Origin: Eledone cirrhosa | Taxonomy: Eukaryota | NCBI GenBank assembly: GCA_964016885.1 | Contig: OZ024740.1 | Location: 188,852,001-188,916,000 of the forward strand | Reading direction: 5' to 3' | DNA: 64,000 nucleotides | In this document: positions 41,270 to 52,864 of the stretch, in pieces | Layout: each line of letters begins with the position of its first letter | Position numbering within the stretch: the first letter of the stretch is position 1 | The notes under the pieces: model-generated | Databases searched by the model: none | What the model was told of the DNA's origin: nothing | Seen by the model: the letters and a program-made list of their open reading frames with translations, nothing else | Translations under genes and position numbers: made by a program

Positions 41270-42198
41270 GTGGGGGAGGGTGCTCCGAAAGTACAGTAGC
41301 TAGAGTCAGAACTGGATGGAAAAAGTTCAGAGAGCTTATACCACTATTAGCCGCTAAAGGGTTCTCCCTAAAAATGAAAGGCAGGTGTATGATGCCTGCA
41401 TACGAACAGCAATGTTGCATAGCAGCGAGACCTGGGCATTGTGCACAGAGGATATACGCAGACTAGAGAGGAACGAAGCTTGCATGCTCCGCTGGATGTG
41501 TAATAGTAATATACGTGAACGGAAAAGCATAAACGAACTAAGGAAAAAATTAGAAATAAGAGGGATCAGATGTTGTTTACTCGAGAGAAGGCTACGTTGG
41601 TACGGACACGTGATGCGCATGAAAGTCAATAGCTGTATAACAAAGTGCAGGGCAATAAAGATAGACGGTAGCCACGGAATAGGCAGGCCTAGAAAATCCT
41701 GGGATGAGCTGATAAACTCCGACCTCACACACTTACACCTCTCCAAGACAATGTCACTGGACCGAGACCTTTGGCGGTACTCAGTAATAGAGAAGACCCG
41801 CCTTACCTAAATACATAGTAAAACCTACTACAGCCAGTAGGCATCTCTAACAAAATACAACCCCGTCCCACCACCCACACCCCCATCCACACCACCCCCT
41901 CCTATGTAAAGTTATGTTGGTGCCACAACATCCAGGCCGAAACAAATGAGATCGTGTAGGTGTCACAACAAAAAAACACACAGTCCACGCTGTAATGTGG
42001 CCGTGTAGGCAACACGGTAAAAACTCCCAGACCCACACTGTAAATGTGGTTGGTGTTAGGAAGGGCATCCAACTGTAGAAAACCTGCCAGACAGTCCTAT
42101 GCGAGCAAGACAATCACTCTTGCCTCAAGTGGGAATACCCCCGTCCAAACCCATGCAAGCGTGGAACACGGACGTTAAACGTTGATGATGATGATGAT
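41270..42198 (+). mobile_element. 5'-truncated RTE LINE (ORF C-terminus, 3' UTR, (GAT)n tail)
   Basis: ORF 41385-41810 YDACIRTAMLHSSETW..ERRLRWYGHVMRM..GRPRKSW. Confidence 0.92.
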
Positions 42199-42385
42199 TT
42201 TTAACTGTTGGTCAATCAATGATAAACATTGATTGCCAGCTAAATTATTTATAGGGATATAAAATATACAGAAGCGAAAACCAATCCAAACCAAGCAGTT
42301 TTATTATTATTTCTGGCAATATTATAACAATGGGACCCTCCCCAAATATATCAATATATATACACATATATATATATATATATGT

Positions 42386-42729
42386 GGAGGCACATGGCTT
42401 AGTTTAGAGCATTGACCTTGCAATCGAAAGGTTGTGAGTTCAATTCTCAGACCGGATGATGTGTTGTTTCCTTGAGCAAGACACTTTATTTCACATTACT
42501 CCAGTTTACTCAGCTGTAGAAATGAGATGATATGACTGGGGTCCCTATCATTCCAGTGCAAAGTGATCGTGGAGGTGCCATGGCAAAAAAGCACCCAGCA
42601 CTAACTGTGAATGAGGTTGGTGTTAGGAAGGGCATCCAGCTGTAGAAATCAAGCTAGAATCAGTTCCCGTCCCACCCTTGCAAGCAGGGAAAAAGCGGAT
42701 GTAAAATGAAATGAAATGATGATGATGAT
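42386..42729 (+). mobile_element. Full-length tRNA-derived SINE
   Basis: Reverse-complement homolog of 10867-11214. Confidence 0.85.
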
Positions 42730-43653
42730 ATACACATTTGTACAGATTTAGGTACAAACAGTAAAAATATGTAAAACATTCCCAAAATTCTACATCTAAT
42801 AATTACATGTGCACATGTACATATGCAAAGCATGTGCACATCATCATCATCATCTTTTACGTCCACTTTTCCCTGCTTGCAAGAGTGGGACGGGAACTGA
42901 TTCTGGCTTGATTTCTCAAATACATGCAGATATGCATACTTATCTACCTAGTTGTATGTGATTTAAATCCCAATGAGAGCATCTTGTATCTATGTTAAAA
43001 CCTGACTCTCTCTCTATTGGTAAAAAGTTATAAAATTATAAAACCAGAAGAACATAATACATACGTGTGTGTGTGTGTGTGAGTCCTGGGTTCAATCAGG
43101 GGTAACCACAGTGAGTAAGGTACTCAAAACATTAGTTGAGAGTAAACACATGTTTAATGTAGAAATGGCTTCTACAGGACTAGAAATATGTTATTCAATA
43201 GAAATCATATGGAAACCCCTCATAATTTCTTTTGAATGAAACAGTTTTAGTCCTGTAGAAGATATTACTATATTAAACATGATATATCCATATATCTATA
43301 TATCTACAACATTAATATGTGTGTGTGGTAAGAATTTTGTTATAAATGAAATGAACTATTGGTGTTTTTAAGTTCCACCTGCCAGTCAGCCAACCATTTC
43401 TCTGGGATTTACCAGCTATGAAAAAGTCATGTTTGCTTCACACAGTGATCTTGTAATTCTACATGATGATGATCAATAACATCATAATATTGAATTTAAA
43501 TTCATTCAGACTCATGTAGTAACTTTCTATTGTCAAATTAAACCATATATTGCTACACTTAAATTTGAAGAATGGAATTATTCTATACACTACTACCACT
43601 GCTGCTTATTTTCCTTCTGACATTCCTTCCATGTTATTTCATAAAGCAATACT

Positions 43654-43815
43654 CTTCTTCTTCTTCTTCTTCTTCTTCTTCTTCTTCTTCTTCTTCTTCT
43701 TCTCCTCCTCCTCCTCCTCCTCCTCCTCCTCCTCCTCCTCTTCTTCTCTGCCTCCTCATCATCATCTTCTTCTTCTCCGCCTCCTCATCATCATCAACAC
43801 CTTCCTCTTCCTCCT
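43654..43815. repeat. (TTC)n(TCC)n trinucleotide microsatellite
   Basis: Directly visible. Confidence 0.95.
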
Positions 43816-45529
43816 TACTCAAATTGTTCCCAGAAATCTCCCATCTTGAGAAAATTTTGGCATGGAGTTTTTGTGTTTCCTTTCTTTTTTCTTTCTTTCT
43901 TTCCTATCCCTTCTTCTTTATGTCTTTCATCTTCTTTCTGGTTTTCTTTTCTCTTCTCTATTTTCTCTGAATATTTTCATTTTGTCTGAATACTTTCATT
44001 TCCTTTAACACTGTTCATGCTTTCATTGTCATAACAGCAGCTATTTTATCGTCCAGATTACCCAGACTAATCCATTAACACACTGTCCTAGTCTACTTGT
44101 TTCAGTTATGTATGAACCAAGCAATTATTCCTATTTGTTTAAGTGAGTGAGAAGGGAGATTGAATAGTTTGCTTAAGTGCTGTAAAAAAATCTTGTAACC
44201 CAGAACTTATACAGTGATAAAGAAAGAGTTAATATATCTTATTTCAATTTTGATTGCTTCATTGTCATTTTGATTCAACATGTGTTACGTGAGCAGCAAG
44301 TTACTTCTCATGACTACACTCCTAATTTGATTTTCCTGAACACATCTAACCAAGAAGTACATATGTTTTCTCTCTTGTTATATTAAAATCTTTTTTTTTA
44401 CTGAATTAGAAGAGGTATATACTTGGATTCAATTACATTGTCTTTCTCAGAAGTTAGCCAGATATGAAAATGTTTCTTGTTCAGATTAATCCCTAGAAAA
44501 CAGTACAAGATTACAAATTCTGAAACCAGCAGTAACGCTTGTTTTTTTTTGTTTTCATTGATGTTGTTTTGGTTAATTGTTTTCTCTTTATATAAGAATT
44601 TGTGATTTAAATCTCTCAACAACTGATAAGAATGTCACTACATAGTTATTCAACCAGCTAGAAATAGCAGACAAATCTTCTTTGAAGGACAGCCTGCCAT
44701 TTGAAATAATTGTTTCTACTTTTGGCACAAGACCAGCACTTATCCCAATGCATTATAGTACTTTATTTTATCAACCCCGTAAGGATGAAAGGAAAAGTTA
44801 ACCTCGGCGGGATTTGAACTCAGATCATAAAGAGAGGTAACTCTATGCTTCAAAGCATGGCGTCTGACCCTCTACCGATACTGCCAATCCACTGCCATTT
44901 GAAATATTAATAGTATTTAAGTATCCTAGCACTGTAATGAAATAGTGCTGGTATCACAACAAAAGCACCCAGTTCAGCCTGTAAGATGGTAGTGCTGGTG
45001 CCATGTCAAAAAGTACCCAGTCCACTCTGTAAGATGGTTATGTTGGAGTCATGATAAAATGCTCCCAGTACACTCTGTAAAGTAGCTGGTGTTTAAGAAG
45101 AGCATCAGTCCATAGAAACCATGCTCACAATACATGATGTATTATGAAGGGCATCCAGCTGTAGAAACCATGCTGCTACCAGTATAGGCTGTAATGTGGT
45201 TAGCATTAAGAAAGGCATTCACTATAGAAACCAAGACAAAACAAAGTATATGAGCAGGGTCCCATAGAAAATAGATGTTAAATGGTGATGATGGTATTGG
45301 ATAAAGTAATGCTGAATATATAGAAAGATGAGATGATCACAATTGGAACATCTTTGATTATTGCTGAATCATACCTAATCTAGGATGAATCAACAACAAT
45401 AACAATGATAATAATGATTAATTTATTTATATGTTTTATTGAATAATATACCAGAGATATGATTATAGTTCTTTAATATATCTTGGGAAAATGTTATTAA
45501 CCTGTCTTAAACCAGCCCAGAGGATCATT

Positions 45530-45770
45530 AGCCAGTGTTTATCTCAGTTGTCTTGATGTTAAATAGCTGAGAGTACATGGTACTCAATTAGACAGGATGC
45601 CAGTCCATCTCTGGGTTAAACTTCCAGCTATTGCAGCTACTCATTTGTAGTTGAGTATACTGGGACAAAGTGAAATAAATTATTTTGCTCAAGAACACAA
45701 CACAAGTTTGTCCAGGAATCAAACTTCTGGTATTATGAAGGTGTGTCCTAGTGGTTAGGATTAACACTGG
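45530..45770 (-). mobile_element. Old SINE fragment
   Basis: TTCTTGAGCAAAA..TTTCACTTTGTCCCAG..ACTCAACT and GATGGACTGGCATCCTGTC on the minus strand. Confidence 0.55.
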
Positions 45771-46372
45771 CACAACTTGAATTCAGAACTATTAAGCAAG
45801 AAGTAAATAAAATGGTCTGCAATAGATTATTTCTTTCTCTTACTAAGTTTAAATGTGTGCTAATAAATAATCATTATTGTCCTGAATAGGAAGTATACAT
45901 TTTCACTACTGAAGTAATTGTAACCCTAAGCCCAGAATATATGAACTTTATAGCCATGCTTTCTTTTGATATTCATATGAAAAGGTTTATATGACAGTTT
46001 TTATTGTACTATTTCAAGCCATTTTGTTATTATAGCAATAATAATGACTAGCACAAATGAGGGTGCTAATCATTAGCAATTTAGTTTCATTATTCAAATA
46101 CCATTTGAGATTATTTCTTTAATTGTTTCATAGTTTCAATACATTTACTCAAATCTCAGTTAATAGAATTTCGAAAACAAATGTGCCTTTATATTTTACC
46201 ACATAATTAACATTTACCTAGAATCACTAAAAGTGGATAATGGAAAGTTATGAAATATTTTTAAAGAATTGGTTTTATTCGCTTATTATTTTAACCCTTT
46301 CAACATGATCTTCTGATATATATATGTGTGTGTATGTGTATGTATGTATATATATATATGTGTGTGTTTGTA

Positions 46373-46405
<33 letters not shown>

Positions 46406-46409
<4 letters not shown>

Positions 46410-47329
46410 AATGAATAATAACAGGTAGACATCATAAAAAGGTAATTTATTCTGTGTGCTTACAAATGTTTCCAGGGTGGTTATACAGCCTAGTTATGCT
46501 ATGTGCAAATGTATAGCTATTTTCAAAATTCAATTATCAAATGCTGTGACCAGTGTATCATCAGAGCAGAATGGTTAAAATTTAAAATGTAAATACCCTT
46601 AAGTGAGGTTATTGGAGAAGATAGAGTAGAAAAGGAAGAGAAAAAAGAAGGGGAGAGGGAGAGAGAGAGAGATATGCAGGGGTTGGAGAAAGGGGAGAGA
46701 GTTGTTTGTAGATATCTTAATCAAAATATTGTGGTAGGGGTTTTATTATACTTGTTACTCTTAAAGCGACCACCTTAAGCGCATTGATAGTCAAGGTTGG
46801 AATTATTTATTGCCACAGAGGGCAGGTTCATAGATGTGGAGAGGGAGGGAGGTGGACTTAGGGCAAGAGAGAGAGAGGGGACAGACGAAAGCTATGGGAT
46901 GGGTGTACATTTAGTTCATAATAGTAGGCTACAAATTGCACTAAGTTTCCATTTATAGTGATAAGCAGGGTATTGTCTTGTAGTGTCGGGGAAAAGAAAG
47001 GGGTTAGCTAGAAAGCAATGTTATAGTTACGGGTTCGAATGTTAAGTTATTTTGTAGTGGGAGAATTTAGCCTTCAATTTGTGGTTGCAGTATAATGATC
47101 GTTCGATTCTATCATTTAGTAATTTATTTTTGGATTTTAAGATGTAAAAGAGTTCAAGGTTACACAACCTACAGTACTTCAATCCACTCCGATATGCACT
47201 AGCGCTGGAAAGTATATCCCATTTCAAGGTGAACTGTTGGTTGCGTTCACGGAGTTGCCAGGTCTTGTTGGCGAGCGTGGTCACAAAACGGTGATAAGGA
47301 TGTTTAATTGAGAATCGATGACGATTATA
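46406..47329 (-). mobile_element. 5'-truncated Penelope-like element 3' end: GIY-YIG endonuclease C-terminus plus 3' UTR with HHR
   Basis: Frame 47329-47042 reads YNRHRFSIKHPYHRFVTTLANKTWQLRE..LKWDIL..Y..G...CRLCNLE..IL....LLNDR.E....CNH, typical of PLE GIY-YIG ends. Both ends abut (TA)n. Confidence 0.85.
46457..46568 (-). ncRNA. Type I hammerhead ribozyme motif with long stem II in the PLE 3' UTR
   Basis: TGCT CTGATGA ..TGGT.ACAGC...GCTGT...ACCA.. GAAAC ATTT GTA AGCA. Confidence 0.7.
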
Positions 47330-47368
47330 TATTTATATATATGTATATATATATATAAATATATATGT

Positions 47369-47417
<49 letters not shown>

Positions 47418-47420
<3 letters not shown>

Positions 47421-49051
47421 TCATCATCATCATCATCATCACCGTTTTACGTCCGTTCTTCCACGCTAGCATGGGTTAGACGGGTTGTCCTGTTGTGGGC
47501 AGTGTCTGGTCGGCTGACCATGCCTTGCTCATACAGGAACTGATCTGGCTTGATTTCTACAGCTGGATGCCCTTCCTAACACCAACCTCATTTACAGTGA
47601 GTGCTGGGTGCTTTTTCGTGGCGCCTACACGTCCACTTTACAGTGTGGGCTGGGTGCTTTTTTGCCGTGGCACCTCCACGACCACCTTGCGGTGGGGGGG
47701 GGGGGGGGCATATTGTTTATATGCTTCAGCATGTACCCATGGGAGGTTGGGTACCCTGTATTACTGCGTGACGCCAGAAGTCACGGTCGTGTGTCATTGA
47801 CTTTGAGAGGTGTAGTTGGGTAAGGTCGGCTTTTATCACCTCATCCCAAGTCATCTTGGGTCTCCCCACTCCGCGGTTTCCATCAACTTCTAGTGCTCTG
47901 CACCTTTTTATGCAGCTGTCATCCTTCATACGCATCACATGTCCATACCAGCGTAACCGCCTCTCCTGCACGCAGCATTTGATTCCTCTTATGCTCAGTC
48001 TCTCTCTCAATTCCTTTATGCTTTGTCGTTCACGTATATTACTGTTACACATCCATCGGAGCATGCAGGCTTCGTTTCTCTCTAATCTACGTAAGTCTTC
48101 CACCTTCAGCGCCCAGGTCTCACTACCATGCAACATCGCTGTTCGGATACACGCATCATACAGTCTGCCTTTCATTCTGAGGGAGAAGCCTTTTGCAGCT
48201 AGCAGTGGTAGTAGTTCCCTAAACTTCTTCCATCCCGTTCTTACCCTAGTTATTGTACTTTCTGAGCACCCACCTCCATTGCTAATTCGGTCACCTAGGT
48301 AGCAGAAGCTGTCTACTGTTTCTACAGGGCCCTCCCAGAGATTGGTGGTACTTGTTTCCTGTGGCTGTTTGCTTGCTGTTTCAGCACAGCTGCTGCATGT
48401 GAATCCTACATTCTTAATTAAGCTTCCTGAGATCCCGCTACATCTCTTGTGTACCCATTGTTTGCATTTGGGGCAGAGAATGGAGTTCCTACCTACACCT
48501 TTCCTACATACTGAGCAAGGCCATTTCCCTGAGGGGATCTGGGTTCTGTTTTCTCGTCTACTTATAAGGACCTTAGTCTTTGTCATGTTGACTTTGAGGC
48601 CCTTTCTCTCTAGTCCCTGCTTCCAGGTTTGGAATTTATTCTCTAGTTCTACCATAGATTCAGCTATGAGTGCGAGGTCATCAGCATACAGGAGTTCCCA
48701 TGGGCATCCGGTCTTAAACTCCTCCGTTATTGCCTGCAGGACTATGATGAACAGGAGAGGGCTAAGAACAGAGCCCTGGTGGACCCCAACCTGTACGCTA
48801 AATTCCTCGCTATACTCATTGCCAATCCTAACTTTGCTGACTGCTCCCCTATAAATGGCTTGTACCGCTTTCACAAGCCATTCATCTACTCCTAGTTTTC
48901 TAAGAGCCCACCAGATTACTGCACGTGGAACTCTGTCAAAGGCTTTCTCAAGGTCGACAAATGCCAAGTAGAGTGGCTTACTTTTAGCTAGGTACTTTTC
49001 CTGTAATTGCCTCACAAGGAAGAGGGCATCAGTGGTGCCTTTCCCTGGTAC
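47418..49051 (-). mobile_element. 5'-truncated RTE LINE with uninterrupted RT-to-C-terminus frame (49051-47726)
   Basis: FVDLEKAFDRVPR, GVHQGSVLSPLLF, LLYADDL, YLG, RLRWYGHV. 3' UTR and (CAT)n tail. The N-terminal part of the 549-aa track ORF is only microsatellite. Confidence 0.95.
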
Positions 49052-49052
49052 A

Positions 49053-49085
<33 letters not shown>

Positions 49086-49092
49086 TGTATGG

Positions 49093-49144
<52 letters not shown>

Positions 49145-49165
49145 ATATATATATGTGTGTATGTG

Positions 49166-49196
<31 letters not shown>

Positions 49197-49270
49197 ATGA
49201 TGTATATATATATATATGTGTGTGTGTGTGTATGTATATATATATATATATATATACATGTGTGTGTATG

Positions 49271-49319
<49 letters not shown>

Positions 49320-49321
<2 letters not shown>

Positions 49322-49783
49322 CATCATCATCGTCATCATCATCACCGTTTTACGTCCGTTCTTCCACGCTAGCATGGGTTAGACGGGTTGTCCTGTTGTG
49401 GGCAGTGTCTGGTCGGCTGACCTTGCCTTGCTCATACAGGAACTGATTTGGCTTGATTTCTACAGCTGGATGCCCTTCCTAACACCAACCTCATTTACAG
49501 TGAGTGCTGGGTGCTTTTTCGTGGCGCCTACACGTCCATGTTACAGTGTGGGATGGGTGCTTTTTTGCCTTGGTACCTCCACGACCACCTTGCGGTGGGT
49601 GGTGGGGGGGCATATTGTCTATATACTTCAGCTTGTACCCATGGGAGGTCGGGTACTCTGTATTACTGCATGACGCCAGAAGTCACGGTCGTGTGTCATT
49701 GTCTTTGAGAGGTGTAATTGGGTAAGGTCGGCTTTTATCACCTCATCCCAGGTCATCTTGGGTCTCCCCACTCCGCGATTTCC
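49320..49783 (-). mobile_element. Second, shorter copy of the same RTE 3' end
   Basis: Highly similar to 47418-47885, same orientation. Confidence 0.92.
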
Positions 49784-49834
49784 ATATATATATATATTTA
49801 TTTATTTAGAATGTGGTAAATTGTTTACTTTGCA

Positions 49835-52035
49835 TAGGTGCTAGTGGATCACCCTGCACATCACATCATCTCTCCAGCCTTTATAGTGAGTCTGGGCTTG
49901 GTGTTTACACTCGGATACAATGTGAGCCACAATTTCCTCTCTCTCTCCACAGATCCTACACAGTTGGATAGCCTCCTCCTTGTAAATATGGTGGTTCACC
50001 CACTTCGTTTTGAGGGCCTGCTCTTGCACAGCCAATAGCATTCCTTCTGTAACCTTTTTAAGGTCTCCTCTTTTCAACCAGTTCCATGTCTGTGGATCTC
50101 TGAATTCAGTTTTCTCAAAGAAGGTACTATGAAGGTATTGTTCATGGAGGCTGCTCTTTCTCCTTGTTGTTATTTCCTCCATGGACATCCCCTGGTCTAT
50201 TGTCCTCTCCTTCAGTACAATTCTGATCATTGGCTCCTTACTATCAGTCACGTATTTGTGAAGGTTGTTTTTCTCCATCTGGACACAGTCCTCTATGTTG
50301 ATAAGACCTGTTCCACCTTCAGATCTCCTTAAGTAGAGTCTATCGACATCATTCCTCTTGTGGAACATGTAGTAGATAGTCAATAGCTTCTTAGTCTTCC
50401 TATCCATTACTTTTTGTTCAGCAACATTCCATCTCAGAATTCCTGCACTGTACCTAATAATAGACACAGCTCGGGAATTTACTGCACTTATGGCATTCCT
50501 ACTATTCAGATGTGACTTTAATATGCTCCTTACTCTCCTAATGTATTCAGATCTTATCAATTCCTTCATTTTTTTTATCTTGAACACCCAAATACTTGTA
50601 TCCTTCTTCAGTGTCAATTCCCTTTATCATCTCACCTGTTGGTACCTGGATTCCGTTGCTTCTGCTCAATTTACCCCTCTTCATCACAAGGACACCACAC
50701 TTACTAATACCAATGCATACATATATCATTGCTGAAAATACGGACAGTGTCAACAAGCACATCCAACTCCTTCTCACACTTACCGAAGAGCTTAAGATCG
50801 TCCATGAAGAGGAGGTGATTGATGGTAAGCTCTCCATTTCCCAACTTGTATCCTGCTCTCACTTTTCGCAGTATAATGATCAGGGGCATCAGAGCAAGGA
50901 CAAACAACAGAGGGGACAGACTATCTCCCTGGAAGATACCTCTCTTGATCTTCACGCCTTCCAAGGATTCTCCAGCTGATGTTAACTCTGTTTTCCAGGA
51001 CTTCATACTTTTGCCCAACAACTGTCTGATGTTATCTGCCACCTTGAAGATCTCTAGGCTTTTGGTGATCCAAGAATGAGGCACCATGTCAAATGCCTTT
51101 TTGTAGTCTATCCATCCCATAGCAAGACCAGTGTGTCTCCTCTTGCAATTCCTCATTACCATCGTATCAATAAGTAACTGGTCCTTTGTACCACGGGACT
51201 TCTTTCAGCATCCTTTCTGTTCGTCCGGTAACAAATTGTTTGTGTGGAGGTGATGGTAGATTTCCTCAGACATAATGCTTGTCAACAGTTTCCACATTAC
51301 GGACAGACATGTGATAGGTCTATAGTTGGTAACATCATTACCCTTGATTCAGTTTTAGCAGAGAGTAATGTTTAGAGGTTGGTAATGTTGCCACGAGGAA
51401 CCAGGTGTGGTAGAAAGATACGACAGGAATATCGACAACGACTTTAGCTTGTTTTTACATTATTTATTAACAAAGGTTAAGAAGTGAATTAAGCTGGCAT
51501 GCCAAGAATAATGAAATAATTCAATTAAGATTATAAGAGAAAATACGGTCGACTGGCTGAGGCGTTAGGCCAGAGCTGTAGTGATATTTGTTGCTACATA
51601 TTGTCTATGCTTGAGGAACGAAATCAAGAGATGTTTACCTTCACGGTGTCCAGCTGCAAGAGTGAGTTTCCTCAAATCTTCGCGGGCTATTTCTCTCTCA
51701 GAACGCGTAGGGATACATCCTCTTCTTCTGGTTCTGATTAGCTGAGCTGAACCAAATCACGCACAGAGAATGTATGTGAGCCCGCGGAATGTAGGTCACT
51801 ACACAGTCTTTCATTACCAGAACTGTGGTACTTTTTGTCAACCACTCTGGTACCTCACCTGACATCAAGCAGTCATTGAACATGACTGTCAGTTTCGGGT
51901 GGAGGGATGTTATATTTTTAATCCAATACCCCTGCACACCATCTGGGCCTGGTGATTTCCAGTTGGTTAGTTTTTTGGCCTGCCCCTTAAGAGTTTCAAC
52001 TGTGATACTCAAATCAGTTTGTATGTGTTTCACAA
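49835..52035 (-). pseudogene. R4/Dong-like (RLE-type) non-LTR retrotransposon fragment, interrupted at 51354-51803
   Basis: [65 protein letters not shown], and CCHC knuckle CRICG..E...HIVSEC. Contains frameshifts. Confidence 0.9.
51354..51803 (-). mobile_element. 450-bp solo-LTR-like insertion with 4-bp target duplication
   Basis: CAGT at 51350-51353 and 51804-51807. Minus strand reads TGTAG...CTAAA (CTACA with one change) and contains an internal AATAAA. Confidence 0.7.
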
Positions 52036-52640
52036 TGACTGTGATATATTCAATTTACAAATAATATTTGCAGTGAAACTTATTGAAAATATGAAACATA
52101 TTGAGACACTAATTCAACTGTTTATGATTTAATAGAGATTCATTATATAACATCATGTAACTAGAAATTAAGAAGTTGAATAGTATGCCAATTTAAGTGT
52201 TAGTAGAAGTCATAATTCACAATATAGTTAGAATTTTCACTTTAAATCATCCCACTTATGATGTTAACAGCTTTTTAGATGTAATATATATTACAGGTTA
52301 CAGTTCCCAACACCTAAAAGTTTCTGTTTTCCTGTTTATATGAGAATTCTTATTAAAACATTCTGTAGGCTGTCAAGTATATTGAAACTGATGCAAATAA
52401 TATTTTTTAGCAGATGTATATCTGTTCCTAAGTGGTTTGCTTAGCAACTACATGGTACAGATTCCACTAATACCCTGTGACTGGAATTTGGTAGATAAAA
52501 CCTGTGTAGAAGCTCATCATTTGAATATGTGTAGCTTTGTACCTGTGTATGTGTGTATATGTATATTAATATAAATGTATGTGTGTCTGAATTTTTCACC
52601 AAATTATATTGGCATAATATATATAGATTAGTGAAGAAAC

Positions 52641-52864
52641 TAGCTCAGTAACTGGTTTATTGCATTTCTGATAATAAAAGTAGATAAGGAAGTGTTCATC
52701 CTGGTGCAATGGATTTCATTCATAAAGTACCATTGCTTCAGTTTCTTCACTAATGATGATCACATAAAATGATGATGATTAGTGCATGAAATCCATTGCA
52801 TCAGGATGAACACTTCCTTATCTACTTTCATTATCAGAAATGCAATAAACCAGTTACTGAGCTA
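52641..52864. repeat. Inverted repeat, 79-bp arms
   Basis: 52641-52719 versus 52786-52864. Confidence 0.9.

Noticed and set aside
43550-43970. Poly-Ser/Pro/Phe/Glu ORFs
   Set aside because: Trinucleotide microsatellite.
44945-45235. Spaced short repeats resembling a CRISPR array
   Set aside because: Degenerate tandem units of an RTE/SINE 3' tail in eukaryotic DNA; no unique spacers and no cas genes.
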